Positions 14,101 to 26,625 of a DNA stretch of 64,000 nucleotides are shown here, piece by piece. The stretch comes from Negaprion brevirostris. Taxonomy: Eukaryota. The translations under genes were made by a program, and so were the position numbers. Location of the stretch: assembly GCA_030324005.1 (NCBI GenBank), contig JARDVH010000121.1:6946508-7010507 (forward strand), given 5' to 3'. Each line of letters starts with the position of its first letter. The first letter of the stretch is position 1. Under the pieces are notes generated by a model, which searched no databases, was not told the origin of the DNA, and worked only from the letters and a program-made list of their open reading frames with translations.

Positions 14101-14526
14101 AGGTGATGTTTCTTAATGATGTAAAATTTGAATCTTGATTATATTGTATTTCTGTGGAAGTCCGTAACTGGCAAGAAAATAGTAATCATTTTGCATTCAT
14201 TTATGATNNNNNNNNNNNNNNNNNNNNNNNNNNNNNNNNNNNNNNNNNNNNNNNNNNNNNNNNNNNNNNNNNNNNNNNNNNNNNNNNNNNNNNNNNNNNN
14301 NNNNNNNTCGGAAAACTTGTCGACGCATCCATCAGTAAAAAATGATTCCAAATTTTCATTGAAAATGCGTAAAAAATGGCAAGGTGTAATGTTTGGCAAT
14401 TTCCATTAATTTGATTTAAGCAATAAATATTGACTTCAGCCATAGATATAACCCACTTGTTTAGGAATAAAAATATAAACGTTCGAAAGACAGGGACAGT
14501 TAAGTGAGCTGACAGTGTTTAAGCCT

Positions 14527-14566
14527 GAGAGAGAGAGAGAGAGAGAGACAGAGAGAGACAGAGAAA
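14527..14566. repeat. (GA)n microsatellite, imperfect
   Basis: Direct read: gagagagaga...gacagagagagacagaga. Confidence 0.95.
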
Positions 14567-17159
14567 GAATTAGAATTAAAATTCTGCTGGGCGTGGGGAT
14601 TCATCTCCTTCAGCTGTTCAGTTGCCAAGAACTGATAATTCGTTAAAATTTTCCAACTAACGCTGACTATGTACTAGTTGAAAAAAAAAATATCTGCCAA
14701 ACTCCTAATTTCGTGGGTTGTCATGGGATATGATTGTTCGTATTACAGGGCAATTGCCCGAATGTACGTTGGATATCCGGGGTGTAATGGAACTCTCCAG
14801 ATGGCTTTCATGTTGCATTTATAGCGCTTACAGCCCTCAGGTAGCTGACAGAGTGGCAGAATATTTTCAGCGTTAACTTATTGAAATGCATCTAGGGAGG
14901 TCTGCGAATGTAATTATTTGGACTATTCAGAGTAAGAAAAATTAGACTTCGATTATATGTATGCAAATGGAATATACAAATAAAGTGTAAGTGTTATCTC
15001 TATCAAATCATAATCAAGGCTGTTTCATACAATCTTAAGTATGCAGTGTCCAATTAAAACTATTTTTGCATGCTGCTTCAGCTACGTAAGATCCCTCTGG
15101 TCAATATTTTCTCAACCTCTCGTTCCACAATCCCTTGTACTAACGGACAATCATGAATTACAGATGCATCTTATTCAATTAAATGGAACTTGACTTTCAT
15201 CTGAGTTTACTTTCAACATGCTTGTCATTTTCATTTTCACATAACGTCCTGGTGTGACAGTGGTTTAGCTTGCATCATAATGTATATAATAATTTGTGAA
15301 ATAATTAATTTCCATCCGGCAATGGTCGAGCAAGACTAACCTCGGGACGGTACCTTTAATTGCATTGTTTGCTACGATGATGAGAACCTCGAAAGTTATG
15401 ACTCGTGAACTCATTTTTGGAAGACTTATATTGATTTTGTTTTTGTTACCTGCGAAGCATTCTGTCGATGATCATCTGGAGGCCTCCTTGCGCAGAAAAT
15501 TGCGCCGTGAATGCAGCCATTTTAAAGAGAAGTCAGAAACAAAATATTTCCAGTGACTTTTGTTAGCTCAAGATATTATCTGGATCCCCAGGGTTTATAC
15601 GAGCATCAATTCACCGGCATGTGAATTTGATGTTTTTTGGCGCATATTGTCGACCAGCTGACGAACCAAAACTTCTTGACATGAGCCACCAGGTAAAAGA
15701 GGCGCTGAGCATGGGAATGTCAGAGAAAAGAGTTCATGCGTGCCTTAGCAGTGCTGCCATGAATAGCGCTCCCAAAGGACAAAGCGAAAATAGCATGATT
15801 TCAGTAAATGGTGGGATAGCCAACCAAGTGAAAAAAAAACAGTCAATTTCTTCACGACTACCGGATTCGCATTCAGCATGCAGCGCATCATGATAATTAG
15901 GACATATTTCTCATGAATTCAGCAAATCATGATTCTGAAGAGATGTGTGTTCACATAAATAATGTGCTCACTTTTCTCTTAACGTCATGGAACTGGTGGA
16001 AACATTTGAATTTTTTTATCTTAATGTGCCCGCATGTGCTGTGATGTTGATGCTTGTAAAACAATATATTTTTAATAGGTATAAAGTGTGAAAAGTGTAA
16101 ATTTGCATAGTTCTGTTGGAACAGGTTTTCTTTTTGTTAATTATCTGTATTAGTGAGAAGCGGGCACAAGTGGTATACAGAGTAACACAATGTATCAGAA
16201 GAAAATAAATCAGTATCGCTGTCTTGGAAATAGACTTCATGCATTTGAATGTGGACATTTTGTTTAATTTTAAACAATCAATTTGAAATCAACATTTGAA
16301 TAGTAGCAGCCGATCCGATGAATTTGATGTGTTGATAACCTGTATTGTGACGATTTTGGTATAACATTAAGTGTATACAAGACAACAGTAGGTACACTAA
16401 ACACGGAAGACCACCTTCTACCTGACGAGTAATGGCTTCGTTCAGCTGTCAGAGGGTGACAGAAAGAGAGAGAGAGAGAGCAGCTGTCGTCTAACAGCGT
16501 AACAGGCACATTTATGTCTTAATGGGATCCATCATCTCAATGGGAAATGTATCAACATGAATGTTCCATTTATAATTTGGAACTAACAGATGAAAAGAAA
16601 AACATGTGATGCTATACTTTCCCAATCATTGATCTCCACAAGACTCGAAGCACAGGTCAAAATAAAGCAATGGCGCGTTTTGTCATACATTAAGCAGTCA
16701 GCGTCTGTCATGTCGGTGTGCAGGGGCCAGAGCAGAGATTGCGGTTCCACCTGCATTCGATTCGCCAGTTAAATATCTCAACATTATTCACAGATATACA
16801 AAATGCTCAAATATTTATTCCTGTTTCATAATTGGTGCAGGTACCTCGATGTCAAGAAATATGACTCAAAATTGCGTGTTTCGTCATAAAACCACCTTTC
16901 TACTGCTGAAACCGTAGACTAGATACAGCTGACATGCAACTGCCGATGACAGTGCATATCGTTTATATTCCCACTCAGATGGCTGCATTGTGGTACAGAA
17001 CGGATAATGTGTGCCTGCTATCTTGCATTTTTCGAGTTCATCTGAAAACAAGGACATCGATATAAACAATAATGATATGATGGTACCGTACACAACTTTG
17101 CATGGATTCGTCGTAAATTCCGAATTAACAAGTCAAATTATTTCATTTAAAAAAAAAAA

Positions 17160-17390
17160 ATCGCTTCAGGGGATGTGGGTGTTTCTGTTTCGACAACATT
17201 CACTGGTCATTAACAAATTTACTTCAGAAAGAGTCAGTGAATTGTCTTGGTAAACGATGCCGTGCATGCAGTTAAGGCACATCCACAATGCTATGAGGGA
17301 GTTGTTAGTGCTGTTAGGGAGGGTTTGCAGACCTTCGAAAGAGCGACAGTGAAAGTACGGTGATATATTAGAGGAGGAGGTAGTTCATTT
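17160..17390 (-). mobile_element. 3' end of a CR1/L2-group LINE (Deu-SINE partner type)
   Basis: Reverse complement of the typical tail (gggatgtgggtg...ggcacatccacaatgct...gttagggaggg...gcgacagtgaa). Confidence 0.6.
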
Positions 17391-17449
17391 TAATTATCGT
17401 TGGACAAATGATAATTCAGGACCGATGGTAAATCAATAGAGAAGAAAAA

Positions 17450-18280
17450 TATCGGGAATTAATAGCCTAATGAAGATCAGATCATCATTGTCTATGTTCG
17501 AATGTTACCAAAATTGCATTAGTTTTCTGCCTTTAGAGAAGGAAACCTGCCGTCCTTACAGTGTTCCACATACAATTTACGGTACACTCCAGACCCTAAG
17601 CAATATGGTTGACACTTCGATGCTTTCCCAAACGTCCTAGAAAGGCACTCAGTTATATTCAAGCACAAGAAAAAGAATATCACCCAAACTAAGTGTCCAT
17701 TCCGTCTACTTGCAGGCTTTTGCAGAATAACAAACTGGCCAGACATATAATCATACATTATAGACAGTGCCCAGGCGCAGAATCAGACATGACGGACATC
17801 GTCCTAGAACCCCTGATCTTCATTCCTGGGTCTATCTCGTCTTACTGTCAGCAAAGACAGAGCAGAGCCGTAAGTAATTGGAATACAGCCGGAATCGAGT
17901 TGCTTGGCAGTCGTCAATGTTGTCTCCATGGAAGTGCTTGAAATCAGATCAAAAATGGGCAAGAACACCTCCTGTAGATTCAAATAATTGCCTCACATTA
18001 GTTGATGAGTCAGAAATATTCCTAGTTGAACATCATTTCGATGAAATATTAAGGATGTCAAGGCGCAGATTGTAGTCTGATTTGAGGGCTGAAGAGTCGA
18101 ACATCAAGAATGACTCAGTAATACCACTAAAGATCGCAGTCAGCCGAGGACATTACTGCCAGATCGACATTGCAGCGGCTGGAGAGGGAAACAAACGCCG
18201 GTTAAAAAAAAAACGCATAGTTGAGCCCACAACCCACAAAGTCACAAACGCACCCGAGTCCTTCTAATGTTAATATATCT
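17450..18280 (+). mobile_element. 5' part of the same LINE type: Deu-like 5'UTR plus endonuclease fragment
   Basis: gaaggaaacctgccgtcctta...ctccagacc...ggcactcagtt, then LVDESEIFLVEHHFDEILRM (~ADESVLLHVEHHLEEALRV). Confidence 0.65.
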
Positions 18281-18342
18281 CTTCTACAAACATGACTTTT
18301 ACGACAGGAGGAACACTATAATTTTTGGCAATGGAAAATTAC

Positions 18343-18630
18343 GAGCAGCACATTGGCACAGGTTTAACATTGCACCACTTCAGTGCCTGGGACCTGGGTG
18401 CGATTCCCCGCTTGGTTCGCTGTCTGTGTGAAGTTTACACATTAACCCCGTGTCTCCGTGAGTCTTCCTATGTCCTCTCGCGGTCCAAAGATTTCCAGGT
18501 TAGGTGGATTGGTCAGCCAAATTTTCTCTCAGTGTAGCCGAATAGGCGCAGTTGTGCGGCGGTTAGGGGATTTGTACTTTAGCATAATGGCCGTGTTAAT
18601 GCAAGAGTGTTTGTGACTAATAAATGTACT
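18343..18630 (+). mobile_element. HE1-related SINE (variant tail)
   Basis: cagtgcctgggacctgggtgcgattcccc...ctgtctgtgtgaagttt...gttaggtggattgg; tail gtgttaatgcaag...gtgactaataaa. Confidence 0.85.
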
Positions 18631-18711
18631 TTTCTTTTACCGTTCTCAGCCAATTTTCATAAATAGTCAACAGTGGGCAAGTTCAATTAATCTGGGTACA
18701 GATATTGGAAA

Positions 18712-19025
18712 GACACGCGAACGCAGTGACTAACAACGTCAGAGACCGGTTTCGGATTTCAAGCTTGGGTGATTACTTAGTGATTGCAAGTTTCCAGTAT
18801 GTCTAATGTATCTGCGTCAGGTGCTCTGGTTTCTTCCTACAGTGTAAAGTTTTGCAGATAGGCCATGCGAAATTGCCTCTCAAAGTCCCAAGTGGTGTAG
18901 GATTAGTGGGGTTAAAGGGATAGGGCTGATGGGGTTCTGGATATGATGTTCTGCCGCTAAGTCTTTTCATGCTCAACAGCGCAAATTGCCTCCTCCATCA
19001 CTGTTGTGGTTCTGTGACTGTATGA
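18712..19025 (+). mobile_element. HE1-type SINE, old
   Basis: ggtgctctggtttcttcctacagt...ggccatgcgaaattgcct core. Confidence 0.7.
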
Positions 19026-20689
19026 TGTTCGAAATATCTCCGTTGAGAACGAAAGTATTCGTCAATTTAAAAAAAAAACAGTATAATTGAGCGATTATTC
19101 CAAAAGCCGCTATGAGAATGAAAATGATTTTAGCCACGGAGACAGATTAAGAAACCACCGCCAATATACATTTTTATGTTAGGATTAGTAAAGCTTGTTA
19201 ACTTTTTTTTCTTAACAGCGAGTAAATGATAAACTACGGGACAGTTGAATTATCCTTAATAGTTATTATCCCATCAAGTTAAATTCCGGAACATGATGAG
19301 ATTAATTATTCGAACAAACCGTCTGCCTCGCTGATCTACAAATACGCCAAACAAATCGTGTCATATTATCCTGAAAACGAGTCACCACAAATAGTTCAAT
19401 GGCAAGTTATCTGCAGAGACGTTCATGGAGAGTCCATTAATCCGTGTAGATGGATGAAATAAGAAACCTATACTGATTGTGGAGGCACATTATACTTTGG
19501 CACGTGTGCACGATTAAAACACTGGTTCTCAACTCTTTCATTCAATTTTATTTGAAATGGAAATCGTTCAAAGAGTACCTGCAATTTTTTTTAAGTGAAA
19601 GCAAAAAGGGATTATTCAAAATTTGTGAAGGAATAAGTGAGAACTGTTGAACTTGGCAAGTACGATAGATGAACTTGTCGATCAAGATCACTAATCTCTG
19701 AGCTATATTGCCAGTCTGTGACTAACAGTGCATAATTTGTTAGACCAGAATATTATTTTATTGATACATTTCAGAAATAAAACGCTGATAAATAATTGAA
19801 GAGGACAAAATTGTTTCGATAGTGCGCCGTGCCGGCACATCCATCCAAGTTTCATTCGATCTCGCTCGAAGCCCACGGGGAATCCCATTCTCCGAGCCAC
19901 GCCCGCTCCGAAATCGGGACAGCTGTGGGGGCAACATTCTGGAAAATAGTCAAAATGCCTTAATCTCTGCATAAACGACTTGAATACACTCGTGCTTTTT
20001 TATTGTTAATTTTTGTTTTGTTAATGTGATATTTACGGGTTGCCGAAAATACGAGACGAATGCCTGAAATTTCCCCAGGGAAAGGTATTAGCTGACCTGA
20101 CCTGTCCTCGCTGCTATGAACACGATAGCCGCAGAATCGTAGCAATCTCCGAGTCACTGTCTTAAATGCTCGAGTTGTGAGCTACCAGCACCATCCAAAG
20201 AAATTTGATTGACGAGCAAATAAAGAAAAACATCGATAGCATCGATTGACAATTTCTTGCCGTTTGTGGAATGTTCATTTTTGTTGAGTTTTGGTATGCG
20301 TTATCGATTTTGTACTAATTATTTTGTAATTGAAACTGATGTTGCCATTACTGAACTTGCATTGAACAGGTAACGAATAGAAGCAAACTTTATTCTTGCA
20401 TTATCAGGAAAAAATGCAATTTTAATTGCACTGAGTGTTAGATTGTTGTTGAATCTGCATTTCTAATGTGCAGAGAGCGCTTTAGATGTGTAAATTAAAC
20501 GTAAGATTGAGGACCACAGATACAGTCGCTTATTTGCATGCAGGTACAACATTTGGGCGCCCTTCGTTTGTGGACTACAGAAGCAATGAGTTGTTCTGAT
20601 TCCTACCGACGCTGCCATTGATCAAAACTTTGCAACAAGCAGCATCAGCGGGATGGAAAAAGCAGGAAATCTCTCTTGTGAAAACAAAA

Positions 20690-20870
20690 TAATGCAAATG
20701 TTGCAATACAAATCAAGAGCAGAAAATGCTGTGAAATCTTAGCAGGTCTGCCAATTTTCTGGAGAGTTACTATAGCCAAAAGGTGGTGTCTTGATCATGA
20801 AGTCTACCATATCACCACAGATGCGGTCAGACATGCGGACATATTCCCCTATGTTAGGCGTTTGTTTGTC
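20690..20870. mobile_element. Short Penelope-derived inverted-repeat remnant
   Basis: Left arm cagaaaatgctg..cttagcaggtctg is the reverse complement of the right-arm type cacagatgc..cagac..g. This is typical of shark PLE pseudo-LTR remnants. Confidence 0.5.
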
Positions 20871-21819
20871 TCACTTGTATCAGTTCGCACTGTCAACTTA
20901 ATTGTTTTGCATTCGACCAAATAGTTTAGCGCTGTTAGCAACACACTTAGGTCTGATGATAAACATTGAACTTTCAAACCTCGTGTAAATTCAACAAACA
21001 TGGCAGCGTCTGAGTGTTCTTAGAAGTGTAATAGATTCGGAAACATGTGTGGGCCAGGCCAGGTAGGGATGACAATTAATATAGCGACCGTGCATTAATG
21101 ATCTTGCATAATAATCAACATTATTGGTTCTGCCACCTTCAGTCTTTGAACAAAGAATATGTATTTAATTGATTTTCAACACCTGCCAGATTGGATTTTG
21201 AAAGCAGATCGCCAGAACATGGCAAGGGGCTTCTCGCTCAGTAGTCGAGTGACAACAACGCCAATCAGATTCTCGACATCATGTTCACCGGGAACACCAT
21301 GGGAGAATGATGCAGAGAGTTTGTAATCTGCCCTGTTTAATGATTTTACCAATCAGGTCAGGAATTAAAATGTGCTTTATCAATTCCCCCTCAATCATGT
21401 ATCTCACAATATGAATTTGGCCAGTGCAACCATACGATATTTCAATATGGGTATGGTTCAAGTGACCCACGGGGGAGATTTTACCAACTATATTTAAGAA
21501 TGCAGTTAAATTATATAGCAAAAAGAAATCCAAACAACAAAAAAAAAACAAGCAATTGCATGAACTTTCACAGGTATATAAACGTTTCAACGTAACAAAC
21601 CTCCTTAAGACTCACCCCTCGATTGAGGATTAGCATAAAAAAGAATAATGTTCATGAAATGCTGGAACACAGTTCTTTGTTTGTAGACTTGCAACACTGA
21701 CTTCCCCGCTTTGTTATTTCCAGGTCGTGCTAACATCACCACAGGACCCTGACTTTCCCCAGCCAACTGTGAAGAGAAAGAAACTCCAGTCACATCTGAG
21801 GAACTGTGGGAACCTACCT

Positions 21820-22270
21820 TTGTCGCAATTGTTTGTACTGCTGTCTCTGATCGACAGGGAATCGTCTTTGATTCCCACTTTTGGTTATTGTCTCTTCTGA
21901 GCCTCTCACATGTCTGCATGGTTTCTGTCCGGATGCTCGGGTTTCCTCAAAATGCCCGAAATATCTGCCAGTTAGGTCCATTGGACATGCTGAAATTTCG
22001 CTTAGTGAACCGAACAGGCTTCAGCAGTGCATGAGAGTTTTGCGTATTTGGTTACTGTCTCTTCTGAGGCGGCACACTCTCACATTTCTTCATGGTTTCT
22101 GTCTGGATGGTCGCGTTTCCTCAAACTGCCCGAAGTATCCGCCAGTTACGTCCATTGGCCATGCTAAATTTTCCCTCAGTGAGCCGAACAAGCATCAGCA
22201 GTGCATGAGAGTCTTGCGTAACACCATTGCAGTGTTAATGTAAGCTAACTTGTGACACGTAAATAAAATG
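21820..22270 (+). mobile_element. HE1-related SINE with an internal tandem duplication (~167 bp unit; copies at 21881-22046 and 22047-22220)
   Basis: Two aligned copies of ttggtta.tgtctcttctgag...gttaggtccattggacatgctgaaattt...gcatgagagt.ttgcgta, followed by the SINE tail. Confidence 0.85.
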
Positions 22271-22276
22271 TATTAA

Positions 22277-23293
22277 CATAGAAACACAAAAATACAGGAG
22301 CAGGAGGAGACTGTTCGAACTTTGTCCTCAATTCATTACGAACATAAGTGATAACGCAACTCAATAGCATAATCCTGGAACCTTTTTTTTGCCATAAGCT
22401 TTGATACCATCCGCCCAAGTCCTATAACCTACCTCTAAAATGCATTCAATTATTTGTCATGAACTACTTCCTGTGGTAATGAACAGCACAGACAAACCAT
22501 TTTTGAGTCAAGCAATGACCAGTCGTCTCCTCTCTATAGGGCCTACGCTGATTATTCAGACTGTGATGCCTAGTTCTGGACTCTTCCACCATCGGAAATA
22601 TCCTCAATGCATCTACTCTGTCGAGTCCTGTTAGAATGAGAATTCCACCTCATTCGTCTGAACTCCAGCATAAACACACAATACGTTGTCAATCTCTGCT
22701 CATACATCAGTCCTTCCATCATCGAATTCAGTCTAGTAAAGCTTCGCTGCAATCCCTGGAGAGCATGAACATCCTTCATCAGAAAAGGAGACCAAAAATG
22801 TGCACAAGGTGCGGCTGGACCATGACCCTGTATAATTGCAACAACACCCCCCTTCTCCGGTACTCATAATCACTTGCAATGAAAACTAAAATGTCATTTC
22901 CCTTTTTGGATGTGCGCTGCACCTGCATGGTTATCTTCAGTGACTGCATGCTGGGACCTGGACCATGGCATTCACGGTCCCACTGAATGCTCTCCTTTCC
23001 CAATTTACAAACATTGAGGGAGTAATCTGCATTTATGTTTTTGGTTCCAAAGTGAATAACCTGACGTTCCCAAATTATACTGCATCTGCCATTGATCTGT
23101 CCACACACCCAAACTTTCCAGATCATTCTGTATGATCTTTGTATTCTCGTCGTAGTTCATCTTCCAACCAACTGGGTATCATCTGCAAACGTTGCGATAT
23201 TACATTCTGTTCCCTTACCCAAATGATTAATACATATTGTGAATAGCTGGAATCTCAACATCGATCCATGTTGCAACCGCCAAGTTACAGCCT
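22277..23293 (-). mobile_element. CR1 ORF2 3' part and 3'UTR
   Basis: Minus-strand KDVHALQGLQRSFTRL..GLMYEQRL, VIHFGTKN, LQLYRVMVQPHL, and FADD at ~23178-23189; ends in a gap. Confidence 0.9.
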
Positions 23294-24070
23294 NNNNNNN
23301 NNNNNNNNNNNNNNNNNNNNNNNNNNNNNNNNNNNNNNNNNNNNNNNNNNNNNNNNNNNNNNNNNNNNNNNNNNNNNNNNNNNNNNNNNNNNNAATTGGT
23401 GGCCTCTATCTTTCTTCTCATTATCCTTCCTTTTAGGACAGATTATGCACAACAGTTCTTTTCCTTTTCGGTCGCCTTCTTCCAAGAAACTAAAATAACA
23501 CTATTGTTTCGTCTTTATATCTTTACCTCTGGATGATATGTGTCGCAAGGAAACACACGATCTTTCCAGTCGTCAAGTATTAAAACTGAATTCAAATGCA
23601 AGCTTTTTCTTACGGGAAAGCAAAATACACCTTATCTTTTCGGAAGAGTGTACAATTATGTAAGTATCATTAACGTTAAAGAGAAATCCGTGTGCCCGAG
23701 GGGAAAAAAAAATGCAAACTTCAATGACTTAAATGAATGTCTTCTAAATGTATTTCAGTTCAACAGAAGAACCTTTCAGAACAGTGAAGACCGATTTATA
23801 ATTACGTTACTTTAACTTCACACGCATTTAACACTTCAAAGTCCTAACAAGAAAAAAAATTGGTTATTGACAAGTCAAGCGTGCCTTTCATTTCCCAGCA
23901 ATGCATGGAGTAATTGCAAGTCAAATGCATTGAGCGAAATAAATTTAATGTATTGAAAAAGAATAGCAGAAGGTGAACATCAAACATTACCAAATATCAA
24001 CACGTGATTTATATATATCTTTGGTCCATGTTTAATTATGGAACCAATAATTGTTTTAAGTACGCAAACA

Positions 24071-24139
24071 TTTCTTTTCAGGTAAGTGCAACATGAATTG
24101 CATACTGAAGCTAATATTTGGAACTTGACTGTGGTAAGT
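24071..24139 (+). promoter_or_regulatory. Juxtaposed 3'/5' splice-site motif (tttcttttcAG|GTAAGT) with a second GTAAGT 52 nt downstream; recursive-splice-site/RS-exon-like
   Basis: AG at 24080-24081, GTAAGT at 24082-24087, second tg|GTAAGT at 24134-24139. No host transcript is demonstrated. Confidence 0.3.
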
Positions 24140-25866
24140 ATCCCGTCGATTCAACGAATTGAGAAGTTCACTTTGGCACATCATCATTTCATTTCACCAT
24201 TTTTACATTTTTTCCTTTGTTGATTTTTTTTTGGTGTGATGCATCTTACACACAAGCAAAATATATTCACGTTCTAGCTTGGATTGATTGCTGATCTGTT
24301 TGCAATAATATTCGTTATCCTCATTCCAATTTGAGCAAATATGTTCCTCTTCCATTTGAATAGCGTCAGGTATCGTCCACGTCTCGAGTCTCCTGCTTCT
24401 TTTTTTTTTTAAATCAGTTGCATAATTGTTTTCAACTCATTTACACAATCAGTNNNNNNNNNNNNNNNNNNTCTACAAGTCATTCGACCTCTGGTGCACT
24501 CCGTCCACTTGCTACCACGCTGACTACTCTATTATCACTATGAAATGTATAGAAATCAACATTTTTTTTCTTTTGTGTGTGTTTGTTTGCTTTTGAAGGG
24601 GATGGGAATTACAATTTTATTTATTTCTCTTAAAGCTCCGTCATCTTTGTTGAGGACCACTTCAGTTGACGCCCTATCGTCTATTATTGAGCTGTATCCA
24701 TCATTCAGGTTAATTGGTCCTGTTCTATTTTTATGTTTTGAGATAAATGAATAATTGAACTGCAATTTCTGAATCGAATGGGCATAACAAATGCTGAGCC
24801 TCAACGTTTAGGTTTACGTCACTATAAATGTTACCGCTGCTGGCTGCTAACGCTCCTACCACTAATATGGCACGAATTCGACGGGGCACGTCTGTTCACA
24901 TTTGCTGCACAGCACATAACCGAGAAAAGCTGCTCCTTTGAAAAAAGTTATTTAATCGTGAATAAAACATTCACTTCACATTTTTAGTTCCGTTTTCATC
25001 ATTTTTACATCGAACCAGTTTGAACCACATTATTCACCTGTGCACTCACCTGCTTTCAGCTCAGTTATTTCTAGAACACAAAAGAGAAGTGACAAACATT
25101 TTGTAAAAGCAATAATTGATGTACTGAGAATCATCTGCAGTATGACAGCAAACCCACACAATGATTCAGATGTAGCAAAAGATAACCTTTTCCAATCTCA
25201 TGGAAAGCTTTCAGCCACGTTATGTACAGCCACACTATAGGGCCACAAAATAGCCACGGCCTGCCGAACAGATGCCCGGCGGAACATTGGTTAGCAATTT
25301 TGCTGAATAGAGTCAGGGACTGGGGTTTGATTTCAGGTTTGCATCAGTCATCAGGATCTTACCGCCTCGTCGCGCATGTAAAATTGGACATTAAGCGTCC
25401 AGCGGCGATGCCGACCGTTTCGGGCCTGTTCCCACTTCACCACGAAAAAAAAGCCCCGATCAGAAATGCACCCTAAAGGCCCGATTTTACCATATTGATT
25501 CTAAATGTCACGTAGTACTTCAAATGCGGCTTGGAAAACTGTCCTCAGATACCCCCATAATTACCTAGGCTCAAAAAAAAATAGCCGCGGATCTATATTG
25601 CGCTGTGGGTGGGCTTATGTTGCCCGAAGAAATTCAGCTCTGAGCGAAGCTTTGAACTGCTCATGCGCGGTGAGAAAATAACTAATGGAACGCTCCCCAG
25701 TCACATGGCTCCCTCAAGAAAGAGGCCTGGAAGCAGAACTAAAAATGGGAGCGATGGACCCTACAGATATCGCCCCATGCCTACAACATAACTACCCCCT
25801 TATCCACACATCCCACCACCCAAATATCCAGACCGATGGCAACATTTGCACAGTGTGCTACCTGCA

Positions 25867-26204
25867 ATGTAGCACAATGGTTAACACTGCTGCTTCACAG
25901 CTCCAGCGATCTGGGCTCGACGCCTGTCTTGGGTCAATGTCTGTGGGGAGTTTGCACATTGTCCTCGTGTCGGCGTGGTTTTCCTCCTGTTGCTCCGGTT
26001 TCCACCCACAGTCCAAAGATGTGCGGGAAGGGTAGATTGACAATGCTAGAAATTGTCCCTTGGTGTCCTGAGATGAATAGGTTAGAGGGGTTAGTGGGTA
26101 AATATGTTGGGATATGGGGGGTAGGGCCTTGGTGGGATTGTGGTCGGAGCAGACACGATGGGCCGAATGGCTTCCTTCTAAACTGTAGCGTTTCTATGAT
26201 TCTA
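25867..26204 (+). mobile_element. HE1 SINE, well preserved, nested in the Harbinger MITE
   Basis: Full HE1 structure from gcacaatggttaacactgctgc to gatgggccgaatggc...tttctatgattcta. Confidence 0.92.
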
Positions 26205-26387
26205 ACATTTTGCCCTACTTCCACCTCCACCGAATGGCCCTCGGAGTTCCAGTAGTCTGTCGGCTGCCACGCTTCCCCGCCCCGACAAGACAGCAAACGA
26301 GCCTCTCCGCCGTCTCCCCACCAGGGATTCGTCTGACTCGCCTCCAACCCCTCCACGCGAACGACCAGGCCTCCTCCCCCGCCAGAT

Positions 26388-26625
26388 TATGATCTGACTC
26401 TCTCTTCCCCTACCAGAGAACCATCTGACCTCCCTCCTCCCCCGCTCCGTACTTTGAACATCTGGCCTCCCTCTTCCGCCCCCCTCCCCCCTCCCACCCT
26501 TCCAGAAACGATCTGGCCTCCCTTCTCCACTACGCCCCCCTCACCAGAGTGATCTGGGCCGCCTCCTTCCATCAACCCCTCCGCTCCCGTCCCCCCGCCC
26601 CCCTCCACCCAGCAACGATCTGAGT
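26388..26625. repeat. C-rich degenerate minisatellite (about six ATCTGrccT units at roughly 30-70 nt spacing) inside the MITE
   Basis: Recurrent atctgac/atctggcctccc motifs separated by C-runs. Confidence 0.65.
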
